From positions 11,284,001-11,348,000 of the forward strand of contig CM060733.1 of NCBI GenBank assembly GCA_030704615.1: a DNA stretch of 64,000 nucleotides, given 5' to 3'. The stretch is from Takakia lepidozioides. Taxonomy: Eukaryota; Plantae; Bryophyta. Positions 23,159 through 37,266 of this stretch are shown here, one piece after another (within the stretch, counting starts at the first letter, position 1; every line of letters begins with the position of its first letter). The notes under the pieces were generated by a model. That model was not told where the DNA came from. It ran no database searches and worked only from the letters and a program-made list of their open reading frames with translations. A program made the position numbers and the translations under genes.

Positions 23159-24439
23159 GAACTTTTTTTCTTTTTTTTCTATTTTGTTTTTATTTTGGAG
23201 CAGAGATTTTATCATATTCGCAATGGGACTTTCAAAGAGGTTATTTTTTCCTCTATGTAATCTTGGAACCTTTCTGTCCTCCTTTTTAATAAAGTTTAAG
23301 GGTGTCCAGTGTCCATTAAATAGGTAAAATGTAGTTTTGCAATGTTTATGGCGCGAGCGTGTTTTGTTGCCCAAAAGGGTTTCTCAGACCAATTTTTTTA
23401 GTTGAAGACAAGTGTCCACTGTGAGAACATGCCTTATGGCGGCCTTTGGGCATCCAAGGGTTTGAATTTTTTTCCCTTGAATAATGCGAATACAGTTCCA
23501 AGGCATCCTCCCCTTTTCCTTTATATAGAAAAAAAAAAGTCGTGTAGATGTATTCCATCCACAATTTATAGATGAACATCCAAAAAACATTGGGAGTCAT
23601 TTGGCTGGTCTCTTCTTCTGTCATTGACACACACTGGAGGAACTGAAAATATCACATTTTTGCATAAACCTACACTTCACACACTGGTTTCTGCAGATGT
23701 GCACATTGTAAGATGGAGTATTCCACCTATTGCAGATGCTCTTATGTTCGTAAGCTGGATGAAAAGTAGGGTGGTTGGTATGGCTGATTAAATGTGCCTA
23801 AAGTTAGCCAAGGCCCTTGTCTCATTCCAACAGTAACCTAATCTGACAGGGTGGCTGCTGATGTGTGGGAGAAACTTAAAGAAATCTTGGCAGCCAATAA
23901 GAGGCCACCATTTGCCATTCCAGATTAGCCCTTTCCTTAATATAAAAAGCGGATGGCTTATGCCAAACGCGGGATGTTTTGGGTGATCATCACAGTGTAC
24001 TTGGATGAGCCTGGCGTTTGGATGTTTTGCACTTGAAGCCCCTGCATGTGCTTTGATTGGCCCACCTGTGAGGCTCCTCTAGCAAGAGATCCTTCCCATC
24101 TAGCTTGGCGTGCTTTACTGGCTACTTCCCCGCTTTAGCGCCCAAACTCTCAGAGGAGAAGAGAATATTCCCTAGGTAGAGAAATTTGGTGGAGATGAGG
24201 GGCATTCTAAACTAACGTGCCTGACGGTGTTTTGGCGGCAGGGCTTCGTAGGTTTGGCAGGTTGTACGTATTAAAGATCTAGTGCAATGGCGGCGTTCAT
24301 TATGCTATATTCTCTATTCACCCGTCACCTTGTAGCTCTCGTTTTGGTCGTGTTTTGTTGTGCAGTGAGCGAGTGTGATGGCGGCTTCCAGCTCGCATGG
24401 ATCATCTTGTTTAGACATTGCTGACGATTCTTGTTTTTG

Positions 24440-24923
24440 GGTGTTCTTTGTGATCTTACGCCGTCCAATCTGGTTAAAACGATTGAAGGCGAACCACTTG
24501 TGAGGGGTCTTCATAAAACAATTGTTCAGCCAAACCCTAAGCTTCAAACCATGACACATCACCCAGATCTTTGATAGTGGCTTCAAAGAGTTCTTGGGCC
24601 TCCCCTTTGAGACAGAAATGAAAGGCATTGGTGACAAAGGCAGGTGGAACTGCATTCATCTTCATACTCATCTCAAAAAAGGTGATAAAAGTATCAAAGT
24701 TATGCCCCATCTTGTATTCCGGATAAGGTTACTTCGTCATGCGGGTCTCAGGGGATTTCGCAGGCACAACAACATTTTGAGTATGTTTAGCAAGAAGCAA
24801 GTTCAACAAAGCAGGACACTCAGAAATGAGACGCATAGCATGGTACAATTCATCAAGTTCTGGTTCACCTGCTTGTTGCTCAGCATGCGATGTGGTGGCC
24901 ACACTTGGTTGAGTTTCAGGACC
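24440..24923 (-). pseudogene. Retrotransposon gag-like (capsid) relic, in frame with the Fanzor-like fragment
   Basis: Reading through the stop at 24729-24731 gives PYPEYKMGHNFDTFITFFEMSMKMNAVPPAFVTNAFHFCLKGEAQELF...SWFEA*, a gag-like F..F...FE...CLKGEA...W pattern with scattered stops. Confidence 0.45.
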
Positions 24924-25658
24924 AGGCAATCTTGTTCCACCCGCTGTCTCTGTAAGACATCTGATGATATGGTACGACGCAAACAAGGATGCTTCCACAG
25001 CCAGCGGCGTCAATTCCTTGATTGTTTCCTCCACGACTTTTCTCATGGCGTCCCTCAGGTAGAAGCTTTTGCCAAAGCTGACCTTCACCGACGTGTAGTC
25101 AAGGGCCTCCCTTTTGACGGCGCGTTGTTGTTTCTTTTGGCCCGAAGCCGTCAATGGCGCGGCCGGTTGAGGACCTGCTAGGCCGTTGGATATGGTGTTG
25201 CGTTCGCCGGATTGAGGAACTGCCGTCTCATGCGTATGCAATTCTGATGGCCTTTGGTGGCAGACCGTCGTTGATGGCCGGTTCGCAGAGCACCGTTTCC
25301 TAGAGAAATCGGTCTCACCAGTTTCGGACTCGGCTGGACGTTTCCTGCTGGCCCGTGGAATGCCAACTTCCGTCGGACTGGACAGATTGGGACTGTCTTT
25401 GATTTTTTGTCGTTTCTTTCCCAATAACTTCCATCTTGATAATTTGCTGCACGACATGGCAGCTCCACATAGTTTGTTTAGTAAATTAAGAAAATTTAAG
25501 ATATATTTATGAAATTGGAATTTTAGGATTTTAGACATTTGAGTTTCTAATTTTTGGAAAACAATTTATATTTTGGGGAAATTTTTAAGTTTTTATGAGG
25601 CATTTCAATTTTGAATTAATTTTGGCCTTGCGGCCCGCCGGTCCGGACGGCCCGAGGG
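24924..25658 (-). mobile_element. 5' remnant of a Fanzor1-like (TnpB-derived) element: left end plus N-terminal WED/REC segment; RuvC absent
   Basis: The ORF (likely start 25457) contains YTSVKVSFGKSFYLRDAMRKVVEETIKELTPLAVEASLFASYHIIRCL...LP at 25097-24924, matching the Fanzor1 N-terminal pattern as recalled. A GC-rich terminus TA|CCCTCGGGCCGTCCGG lies at ~25658, followed by an AT-rich leader. Confidence 0.6.
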
Positions 25659-26819
25659 TACACCATGATAGCAACCAACTGTAAAAACACCATGTCACAA
25701 TCCCTCTAGATAGTCTATGTGCCGTTGCATACTAGGTATTGGATCTCACCAACAACTATGTCAAAATGGTGGTCCCCTCTGTACTTCGATACCCTTCTTT
25801 CATTTTGTACCATACATATCAAACTCACAAGTACTGAAAATAAAAATTGAGTTCCCTTCAATTCTTCTTCAAACTCTGGGCAATGGTATGTCTGTATACT
25901 ATATACCACCGGGGTCTTTCAAACAGATGTGATGTGAGAAGTACAGGATGGTAGACAGGGGCAGCATCTTCCAACAACTACACCCTTGAGTTCTTTGTGA
26001 CTCATTCTTCGCGAATTGTGAACCTAGACTTACTAGCATCGGCTACATGAGGATGTATTCTCAAATGTGCGAAGCAAGTCTTGAGACACTTTTAGACCGA
26101 GTAGAGAAGCAGTGCTTGTTGCTAGCATGCTGACATCCCAGCACTGTGGTTCTTGTAAATGCATTGCCTTGGTTCTGTAAGGGAATCTCAGGCTGAATGT
26201 CATATATCTCATGCGTGGAAATCGAGGACTGGCTCCAGGAGGGTTAGTTTCCCCCAGGAGGGTTAGTTTCCCATAAGGGACTGTATTTTCGTATTTCAGA
26301 CCTAATTGTGGTGGCAAATGGCTTCTGTCGATTGACTATGTTACCTACAACTGGGCCTCCCATGGACATAATAAATTTTGTCTTGGGAGTGACATGCTCT
26401 ATACTATGACATCTTTTTAACTGTCATTCTTCTGTCTACCAGCACGACATCCGCGTGACTTGCGCATGAGGCCAAGGATGAAATTCTAAATCGTACAAAA
26501 CTACTTTCAACTGTCCTCGACCATATCTCCACAAATGGGGTGTTTATGCAGACATGAGGCCAAACATCAAAATACACATTACTCATGACCTGATTGTCCT
26601 TGCATTATCTCTTCCTTCCCCTATTGCCCAAGGGTGATGGTAGGCGTCTTCCAAATGACTCTTTTCTTCAATAACATCACCCTAGGAGAGTCCTCTATAA
26701 TAGAACCCATCATCAACCTACGTTCGCTCGTCGTTTAGTACACCAGACAAATTTGGATGTGTTCTACGAGAGACTTGCAAAGAGAAAAAACATGAACTGA
26801 TTGTTACACTACCCTCTAC

Positions 26820-28657
26820 TTAGGGTCTCAAGTTGTCTTGGAAAAGATGCGGTTGTTCTCCTGTTGGAGAGGAGGGAACACCCATAGTCTGGAGAGGTGG
26901 GGGAACAACTACAGGCAGACCTATGGCAGTTGAGCGCTCACGAATTTCCCGATGCTCCTGGCAAATCGCACACATGTGGCAGCACAAGTGCGTCACCAAG
27001 TCCCCGCAAGGTGCATCCTGAATCCATCCATCCAATGTCACCATCAATACTACATCCACCTCCAACATTGGCAGCCTCTACATTTTACATTTCCGGATTG
27101 TCGCCTAATCTTTAGCCTACCCAAACCGGTGACCATTTGTGCAGATTAAGTTTATCCTTCCAGAAACTGAGATTCTGGTGCAGTTCAAGAGAATCAAAAC
27201 TCCACTTCTGCAAAGTCCTTCAATGTGACAGTACTCCTTCCTAAGGTGAGTGTCATCACGGTACCTGAGCCTTAAGCTGAAACTCCCACAGTTTGTGCGC
27301 AGAAGATGAATACTAGGTCATGATCAATTGCTCAAGACATCTACTGGCTTTTCACAGGAATTGAGTGTTGATTTATGGACTGGCATTGTCACTAGAAAGG
27401 ATACAGCTGATCAAGCCATTTTTTTCTTGGCGAATTTTTGCCAAAAGGCTTTCTGTGGGGGGCATTAAAGGGTAATGAAGGCCTTTAGTTACCAAAATAG
27501 GAGGATGAACAACGAGGTTGTCACCAGGAAATCTGTATGACTGACATCGTGGACCTGTTAAACGTGCCACCTGTCACACACCGACCTTTCTAGAGGTGCC
27601 AGCTCGTTTTTTTCGCCACCTGGGCGCTGGGTAACACAGGTGGCCACACCAGCTACTTTTGAAAATGAAGAAGAACGCTGAGCTGATGTGGCTTCCTGGC
27701 TTGCAACAAGGTGACAGAAGTCAATGTGGTTAAAAAATAAGCATGACACTGGCACAAAGATAGAGAGAGGGAGAGAGAGACCTCTAGATTGTATTTAGCT
27801 CGAAGTGTCCGGCGGTAGGAGCAGGCATAGCAGGGCACACAAGAGGCGAGAATGCCGAGAGGTATTCCGTCAGTGAGAAGGCAACAGATCCCCACTATAG
27901 TCCCCCACAGAAGAACATGCATAAAGCAGGGCCCTTGCCATTGCCGCCCCTCCAGCAACTCCACATTGTGACCAAACAACACACATGGGCACCAGCAGCC
28001 CAAGCAGCCTGCACTCACCAAAACAAGTGGAATGTGTCCTATCAGTCTGAGGACACATCCCTACCTTGAAAAAGACAGTTGAGTAGTAGCATCCAGGCTA
28101 TTAGAACCCTATTAGCTTCTGCACACCAGAACATAGGATAACCAAGACAAATCCTTCACATTAAATTTGATTGTGGTGTTCCCAAAGAAATTGATGTGTC
28201 AATAGGACACAGCCTAACAAAACAACACAATTTTCTATACTCAGCACAGCAAGCTGTCACTGCTGTAGAGAGAGAAAAGAATTATAGAAAGGTTGTTATT
28301 AGCATGAACTGAGAGACTGACCTCCACTCCTCCACAGCACCTCAACTTACACAGGCTTGACAAGTCACAACATGTAACAAAACCTATGCATTTGTCTGCA
28401 ATTGGAGAGGGAGAAGACATACAGACAGGCACGTCATCAAAACAGGCACATATGCCTGAAGTCCAGTGCAAGGCCTGCTGTCGGTGGGGTGCAGACAAAT
28501 GGGCATTTCCCCGCCCCAACAAGTGCTGCACTGCTGAAGGTGATGAGGGAGTATTACCCCCTACCCCTAACTCATCAGATTGTGGAGCTGGGACATAACC
28601 CGGAGGCACATATGCTTCCTTCATGATTCTCACTGCCTCCTCCTGTCCCATACCCAT
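26820..28657 (-). CDS. PLAC8-family Cys-rich protein (cell number regulator, CNR8-like), 3 coding exons
   Basis: Exon 1 has WTSGICACFDD. Exon 2 has CCLGCWCPCVLFGHNVE...YACSYRRTLRAKYNLE. Exon 3 has DAPCGDLVTHLCCHMCAICQEHREIRER and the stop at 26820-26822. Confidence 0.9.
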
Positions 28658-30246
28658 GAGCACCAGCACACACCATTCTTGAGAAGTTGAATTGCAATAT
28701 GGGATCACCAGTGGATATTTTTGAGGTCCAGATTCAGTAACCCTTGAGTGATCAAATCTCTTACATGAAGGAGGTTTTTGCATACATTTTATGTCGTAAG
28801 GTGTCTTCCGAGAAGTGTTGTCTCCTGTACTACTACGATCCACGTCCTTGGCTTGCCTCCCCCAATTTCAAAGGACGTGGGATGTTGGGACGCGCGTGTT
28901 CAGGGAACACTCAGCATGTCCAAATAACTACCATCTTTCTACAGTTTGTGGCTAACTCTAACCCATCTGCCTGCCACAAACTTGTACATGGGGCTTGTCA
29001 AAGGGATCTGTTCACCCTTCGTGCTTAGAAGATATGGTCCATGCTCAGCAAAATTGACGCAATTATGTCTTTCCTTTAACAGTGTCCAATGCGAACCATT
29101 CAGAAAAGGTTGGGACCAAGGAATGACATCTGCCTGACACAACACCAAGCAGAGGCAGCATCTCTACACCAATTCATGTTGTGAACGAGATCACCCTCAA
29201 CATCATCTTCCACCATAATTAGGGTTCCAGCAAGAACTCTAATCTTATCGCGCAGGCACCTTTTCACTAATGGTTGTGGCTGTTGATCCCTCGCCGATTT
29301 TAAACGCATGCACGGAAAATCTCTGACTTCATGATCCACAGAAGAGACCTTGCAGATTGATCGAACCCACCCGTACTTCTCCTAGTCCAACCTCCCCATC
29401 GCTCCCTCCCGTGATCGCCCTCACCGTTCGTTCCTCCACCGGGTCCGTCTTTCCCTCTCTTTGCCAATCTCTCTCTCTCTGCCCCCAATCTCGCACGCTC
29501 CTCAATATTTGTGTATAATTCTAGGGACAACTGAAAGTCTGAGACTAGTTTCAGATAGAACAGCGTAACAGGAAAATCAGTGGCATCGCCACCTGAGATG
29601 CAGAAATATACTCTGTTAGCAGAAGTGTGAGTTTATTTGTGGAATTTGTTTGCACAGTCTGGAGTTTTGGTGATGTGCAGGAAGTGAGAAGAGGATATTG
29701 TCTGAGAGATAGGAGTCCTTCTTTGTGCATTGTGAAGGTTATCTGGGCAAGTGAATCTGAGTTGCAGACCTGCCAATGGCTCCTGCTGTTGTAGTGTATA
29801 TAGCTTTTCAATACGTTAAATTACAAGGGACACTTAGTTTCCAAGTGAAGCCACCAATGTCACTTTCCCACTAAGGAATTGCACCAAAGGAATTGTGCTC
29901 AATGATGGATGATGTATGTGTGTGCACCGACATGGTAGCATGAACATATTTGTCCTCTGCAGATGTTCTCTCTTTCCCCCCTTGGCACCCACACACATTT
30001 GTCCTTGTCTTATGTCTCAAATTGATTTGTACTCGTCTTATGCATTGAAACCTACTAGAGATGTCCAAACAAAAATGTGGATTCAAGTAAGATAGCCTGG
30101 CAGCATCTAGAATATCGAACCGGCACACCATGGCTGCCTACCCCAGATTGGCTTGCATTCGACCCCACTCACAACTTCCTGCTGCTCTATTTTCAGATTG
30201 GTTTGGTACAGTATAGTGTAGGCCAAAAAGGTGGTGTACGAGAAGG

Positions 30247-33200
30247 CTATTTTGGTAGAGGGCACAAAAAGTTGTAGGCTGGAAGGTCTTCAACGTGGTG
30301 AACATCTTCCAACATCATCTCTCTTTCTAGTTGTGCGCGAGTCGCTCGAAGAACAGCCTGCATAGGCCACACGTAGCAACTATCAGTGTGCAAGCAGTTG
30401 GGTTTGAACGGCTCATTACCTCTTCATCATCACTCTGTTTTCTTTTTCTGTATTATGCTCAAATCAAACATGGTTATTAAATATGCTGAAATCAAATATG
30501 GCTATTGCAAGGAGTGCTGAATACGTCCTACCAAGCTTTACAACAGTCCATGCAGATTACTATCAATAAGGTTATTGTTTAACCCTCTGATAACAAAATG
30601 GCGAAAGCACTGGGATAATGCTGAGAGATGCCAAGAAAAGCAGGAAGAGATGCATTACATTGAACTCCATGTAGGAGGCTCGCATAGCCAGCCATTGGGC
30701 ATCCATCATTTCAAATGCCACACAGTACAGCATGTCAAATGCTGTCTCATCCTCTGCAAAGCGCATGCACGGATAAACTTGACTAAATCCAGTTGAGATC
30801 TATTGCCAGACAGAAATTATTGCATAGAAAGGAGGCCCAGGGGGTTTGGGAGAGAGGGAGAGATAACAGGGAAAGTAAGGAGGTATGGAAGGGCTACGGC
30901 AGTATACAAGAGACCTTGGCTAAAATGAGAAACCCTTTACTCCATAGCCTTTGCAGAAGGCTTTGACTACTGCATGTTTTGCCCTGCCCAGGATGTGTAG
31001 AGAAGTATAAGAGCCCTGAAGTTCACTGCAAACAAGTGCTGGACAACTTCATATACATATCCCAAATCTACAAGCCCTACACGAGATGATAAAGAGGAAG
31101 AAAGTGATGACAGGTAAAGGGGAACATCTCAAACTTGAGAACGAAACCTGGCTCCACAAGGCTCCACACCAAACCACAGCATGGAAGATACCTTGACTTC
31201 AATAAACAACCTTATCACCACTGTGACCTTTGAGACACCTAAACATGTTTACACCCAGCCCAAGATGTCCCTAACAAAGAGCTTCAACTTCCATGTCCGT
31301 ATCCCAAATCTATAGGCCCTGTACAACAGTGGTTGGGTATGGGAAAAAGCGTACCAGCTAATATCTTAAGGAAAGTTGCCCCTGACAGTGAGTTTGGTTT
31401 TGCTGCATAAACCATAACGTTGTCAGCAAAATTGTACTGTCAACTGAGTCTAACTACGACGGTCACCACTAGATCACCAACTGCATGGCAAAATGTCCCA
31501 AACACTTCACTGCCTTCAAGAAGCTTACGAAACCCTCTAAACAAGCAGCAAATCGGGTGCGTCCCATGAGGGACGTGGGATCTTACAGGAACTACAATAA
31601 CATTATTGGGAATCTCCCAGGAGTGTGGGAATAATTGATTCCAAGATGCTTGGTCAGTAGAGACAATTAAAGAACAAGCACCAATAAAGGTTCTTATAAA
31701 GAGACAAATACTGACCTGACCGGAGATCAAGCATTTGAATGAGCATGAAGGAGATGTTAAGGCCTGCCACTGCAAATGGGTATTCCCATGTGGCCCTCTT
31801 TCCTTCTTGCTTGTGCAACAATCTACGGAATGATGCCTGTATAACAGCAATGCCACCGAAAGTCTCGTCATTTGCTCTTACCACTCTCTCGGGCTATTCT
31901 TGGCTTTTTCCAGTTTTACCCCCACACCTTATCAACTGAAGGCTACGTCAGGTTCATAAACAGTTCTCTTACTCCTCTTCATAACTTCTTATTGTCATCT
32001 GCAAGCAACTGTGCAATGTCACAAGGCTACTTCATCAGCCAACCTTTGCATGGATTCACTTAAGGCCCCAGACTCTTTCTCACATGTTGATATCACTGAC
32101 TTTGAAAGGCCATACCGTGTTAATCACAAGACACTTAATCATTCTGACAGCTTCTGGTCACTCTGAACTCCTCAAAACCTTGACAGAGAACAAGGGATAA
32201 AGTGATTCATGGGAGAAAAGAATGTACTCAAGAGACATTGTTTGCAATAACCTTGTGGCCATAGACCCTGCGCCCAGTTTGGGCGGAACATCCATGAGAG
32301 ACAAGAGATGGAAACAGAGAAGAAAGAGCACAATAGTGGGTATCTTACCGGAAATTTTCGAGCAAAAAAAAGAAGATTCTCCAATGAAACAAATCCGCCT
32401 CCTCTGCACATTATCACAGTGCCATGCAATCATTCAATCATTTGACATTCCTCTCCTTCTTCTTCTTGTCTTTGCACATACTGTCTTTTCCTGCCCAAAA
32501 TCTCTCATGTTGCTCAAAACTGTTTACCGTCTCGCACAGAGTGAGAAGGAAGAAGAAGCCCAAGAGAGAGAGTTACTAAAGAACAAAATTTTATAATTAG
32601 AAACCTAACAACTAAAAGACAGAAGGGGTGGGGGTAGAGACACACACCTGAAGTCCGTAGAAGGGTCGGGGCCTTGCCAGCCCATCTCCTTCCACTGCTC
32701 TGAAACAAGGCCTGGCATGTCTCGATCTGGAAATGCTACATGCCAAAGGGCCCTTAGCGCATCCTGCCAATGGCTTCAAATATGTCAAATATAAACTAAG
32801 TTAAGACACCTCTCCACCCACAGTGCTGTGGTGGGATGACGTCCAAACCAGCTTGGCAAGGATTATATCCTGTTGCGACTATGCTCTCAAGGACCTGTCA
32901 TACATGTCTCTACCCATGTAGCTCCATCCCTGGAGATAGTGTCAATGACTGTAAGGGCGAACTTCCATGTCCGTTCTCCCATTCTGCTGATGTCACGCAG
33001 GAGGGAATTTCAGCTCACATCCATGCGGGTTAGCCCCGTGCAACCCTGGCCGGGTCCCCTGGAGCGATGCCCTCACCTCAAGGTGAGATGTTGGGTGTCC
33101 GGGTCCCGTTCTCCAAGCGAGACCTGCACTAGCAGGTGACAATGGTCTAGATGACTTGCTTAGCAGGTGAACTTGCCTCCACTTCCACTCCCAGCCACAC

Positions 33201-35271
33201 ATGTGGAAGACTCTCTCTCATATCCAGTGGTTTCTACCGAATGGTTTTAATTGCACGGGTGCTACATGGAAGTGTGAATCTTCAAATCAATGGATGGGTT
33301 TGATGGTCAAGCCCTTTCGTGGATGATATCATGGAGCGGGAATGGGTTCACATGGAAGTTTGCCCTAAGACTGTTGCAGTCTAAAGGGGATCATTCCCTT
33401 AGGACTGTTCATCCCATGTTGGCTCCTAGGCATGACCCCAGGGAAACACTGGTGTGTTGACCAATAGGAGAAGCTACCTGATGCATTGAAAGAGATCCAT
33501 CAAAAGGCACAGACAAGCGCTCCTGCAGTTTCTGTAGTCTTCTTTCCTGCACATGTATATACATAGAGTTAGCTAGACTGGAGATATACACGACCGTGAC
33601 TATATGATGTATCTTGATATTCAAAATCTCATATTAAAAGCAAATCTCCTCCTGCCCACTTACCCCTCTCAATAAACAGCAGTGGGAAGCCCACTACATC
33701 CAGTTGAAAATGAGTGACACATTCCCTAAGGCTCCTGTTGGTCTCAGTCTGTGTAAAAATTAAGGGTACCCCACAGATCCCGTAAAAGCGTCTAAGTATT
33801 GAGTGATGATTACATCCGAAAGGTGCTACTGTTCCTGGGCGCCTATCATAAAAACTCTCCCAGGTCAAACTTCGACTAGTCACCTAACTCTCCACCGAGC
33901 TGATACTCTCCACCAATATGTGATGTCTTGTGCAAATGCAGGCTCCTGTGACTCCTATGGTAGATTGTCTCATCTCTAGGTTGCAAAGAAGTCTATTCAT
34001 TAACCTCACCAAAATGAAGATACATACTTGGATAGGGGATAGGTAAATGTCAACACTCTCAGTGTCATTAGGCTGGCGCCGCAGCAGCACCCTGAAGAGT
34101 GTGCTACCCACCCATGCACCTCCACCGACCAATGCATTGGCTGCAACATTTGACAAAATTCAATTGAAACAAATGATGAGTAAGACGTTTTTGCAAATGC
34201 CATTACCAAGGCTAAACCCCATTAACCCTAAAAAGATTGACTGATGAACTCAGACTCCACCTGATTTACCCAACATGGTTTTATATACACCTCTCTCTGC
34301 AACTGGTTGATGTGCAGAAAGAGTCCCAAGCACCCTGCAGTGCGGCATAACCTCTAAAAAGGAGGTAAAGCTGGGTCCTCACTGAACTTTAATCATGGCA
34401 CAAGACTTTTGGGTAACAAAGCCTTATGCTCTTGAACTAGCTTTTACATCTAGAACTACATACGTTATCCATTACAAAACATCAGAAACAGCCCACTTCA
34501 AGTCAAGATTACTCACGGAAAACTTACTGAACCACTGAGCCCACTGCACTATGAGCCGTGAGAAGATTTGTGTCCAGGCCTGCTCTTCTCTTAGCCTTTT
34601 GTCCCTCGAGTCATCATCATCTTCGTCGACCTGGAGAAAAGAATGAACGAGAAGCATGAAATACAGATAGTGGACCAAAGTCTCTTCCTGCACAACTGCA
34701 CCATCGCCAATCCATAGTAGACAACACCACGCCAAGGTCAACAAGTAAGCAGGCTTGCCGTTCTCTACCTGCCAGTCATTATTTGACATTGCCTGAAATG
34801 TAATTGCAAGAGAGAGAAAGAGAGAGAATGTACTCATAAGACGTTGTTTGCTGTAGCCTTGTGGCCATTGAGCCGGCGCCCAGTTTGAGCGCAACACAAA
34901 GGGACAGAGCCTACCTTTGTTAGGGGCTGACGCCGGTAGTAAGACTTACCTTGGAATAAACAATTGATCCAGGTTTTCCAGATATCCTCTAGAAATCCTT
35001 TACACAAGCATCAAACTGCTGTGTGTGGTTTGCCCAATAACTAGGCCCCAAAAGGGCCTTTTGGCTCAGCCTCGAGACTTTCAAAGTTGGTAAACAGAGG
35101 TACAGGCGCAATTCCCTTCATAGATGTGAAGAGAGCGTCTCTCTGGTGAGAGAACCCCGGACAATGAATCAGAAAATGAATATTGTCTTCAGGTTGCCCA
35201 CACGGCGGGCTATTGCACTCTCCCTTTCCTCTCTGCTTCTGTTTGCTGTTCAAAGGTAAGCTTCCAGCCAA

Positions 35272-35304
<33 letters not shown>

Positions 35305-37228
35305 TAATAAGACGTGGTTTGCTGTGGCCACAGCCCAGTTTAGGCGGAACAAAAGGGAACAGACACTAACTTTGTGGGGGGCTCACTCGGGTGGGACTTA
35401 CCTTGGTATATGAGAGAATGTAGTCATAAGACATTGTTTGCCGTAGCCCTGTGGCCATAGACCCCGCGCCCTGTTTGGGCGGAACAAAAGGGACCAGAGA
35501 CTACCTTTGTGAGGGGCTCACTTCGGTAGTGTAACTTACCCTGGTATAAACAATTAGTTCAGGGGCAGATATCGTCTAGAAAGCACTTCTCACAAGCATC
35601 TGCTGTGTGTGAGCAGCCCGCAACAGGGCCATGGCTTTAGGCTCAGCCTCAAGATTTTGAAAGTGGGTGAACAGAGGTGCCAGGACAATTTTCTTGATCG
35701 TCCTGAAGAGGGTCACTCGTTGCCCGCACATCGAGAAATTACAATCTTCTCTTCCTCTCTGCATCTATCTGTTTATTGTTCAAAGATAGGCTTCCTGTCC
35801 TGAGTTTAAATTTCAGTCTAGTGCCAAGGGTAGGTAGGCCCTTGATCATCCTTAAGGTACTCGCCCATGTCATAGACTGGAAACAAGTGCAGGGAAGTTT
35901 TATGCTTAACTTCATTTTCATCAGGGAGTCTTTGGGCATCATACAACTCTTCAGGACTGATATTCAGATACTTGACAATCTCTTCTACCCTTTTCCGCCA
36001 AGACCTAGCCTGTCTAACAGGACGGTCTTGCTTCAAAGAGATAGTGTCGATTATCTTAGGGTATCTGGTATTAGGCATGCGATTCAACTGACCCCACCAT
36101 CTGACCTTGAATTCATCACGTCGAGAGCATAAGGGAGGTATGCCAAAAGCACCCCGAACAGCCGCATTAGCTGTTCTAGAACAAGCCGACATGCTTTCAT
36201 TGATCACCGCGACCTGAATGGATTCTAGAGATTTAGCATGATGGGAATTGTCGACCCACAAGCTGATGCGTACTCCAAGGCCGGCCTAATAACATTGCAA
36301 AACACGGTCCTCTTAACTTCAGTATTAATCCCTCTGCAGTGGAAAAATTTAGCGCGACCCGAAGCTTTGCATTTAGCTGATTGAATCACTTATGGTATAT
36401 GCGCATCCCAGTTACAGTAGGAGGAAAACTCAACACCAAGATATGTGAGATATGTGTAGGAAGGGAGTACAGGGATCTCTTTGTCACCCCATTTCCATTT
36501 GGGGTCCCTCCCTCCCTCCCCACAGTCGTTGAATACCACCACTGCACATTTACTAACATTAGCTGCTAAACAATTAGCTTCGCAAGCTAATTGTGAAGCC
36601 AATTGTGCACAATCAATGGGGTGCTAACATTAGCTTCTTTGATTGTGCAGCTCCTGGAGATTGGATGGGGTATCCCCTAGGGTTGGGAGGACATCCGCAC
36701 ACATAAGAGCTGGTATATGAAAGAGAGAGAGTTTTACATAGCATGTCTGGCTAGACAAGGAAACTCTCCACATAGTGTGTTGCGTTTGCCTCTTTCTAAA
36801 GACATCAGACAGCATACTCTAGGATAGATCAAACCGTCTCTACCCAGATCTGCCTCCATACCTCCCTTTACATATCCTTGATGGAAAAAAACGAGGTTTT
36901 AGGTGTTCTAAGTGGCAATCAGATGCACACTAGGTAGGCCTTTCTCAGAAACAGGTCTGCCCCCTCACTTTCATATCTTGGGAAGCAACAGTAGAAGTGG
37001 GAAGAGCACTAGCGTCTCCTTAAAGGTAATTCCTTTCCATGGAGGTAAAAGCTCATAGATCCTTCAAACCATTTAGAGAAAAACAGCAGTAGGATGTGTA
37101 CACACAACACATACAAACACATTTTAGGTTTGAGAGAGCTCAAAGCCACTCCCTTAGTCTCTTGCCCTTACTAGCATTTCCTGCAACAAAAGAACGTGCA
37201 GTGGCCTCATCTGGATCCATAACAGCCA

Positions 37229-37266
<38 letters not shown>

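Noticed and set aside
26260-26360. Gypsy RT relic (GKWLLSIDY)
   Set aside because: Too short and degenerate to support as a feature.
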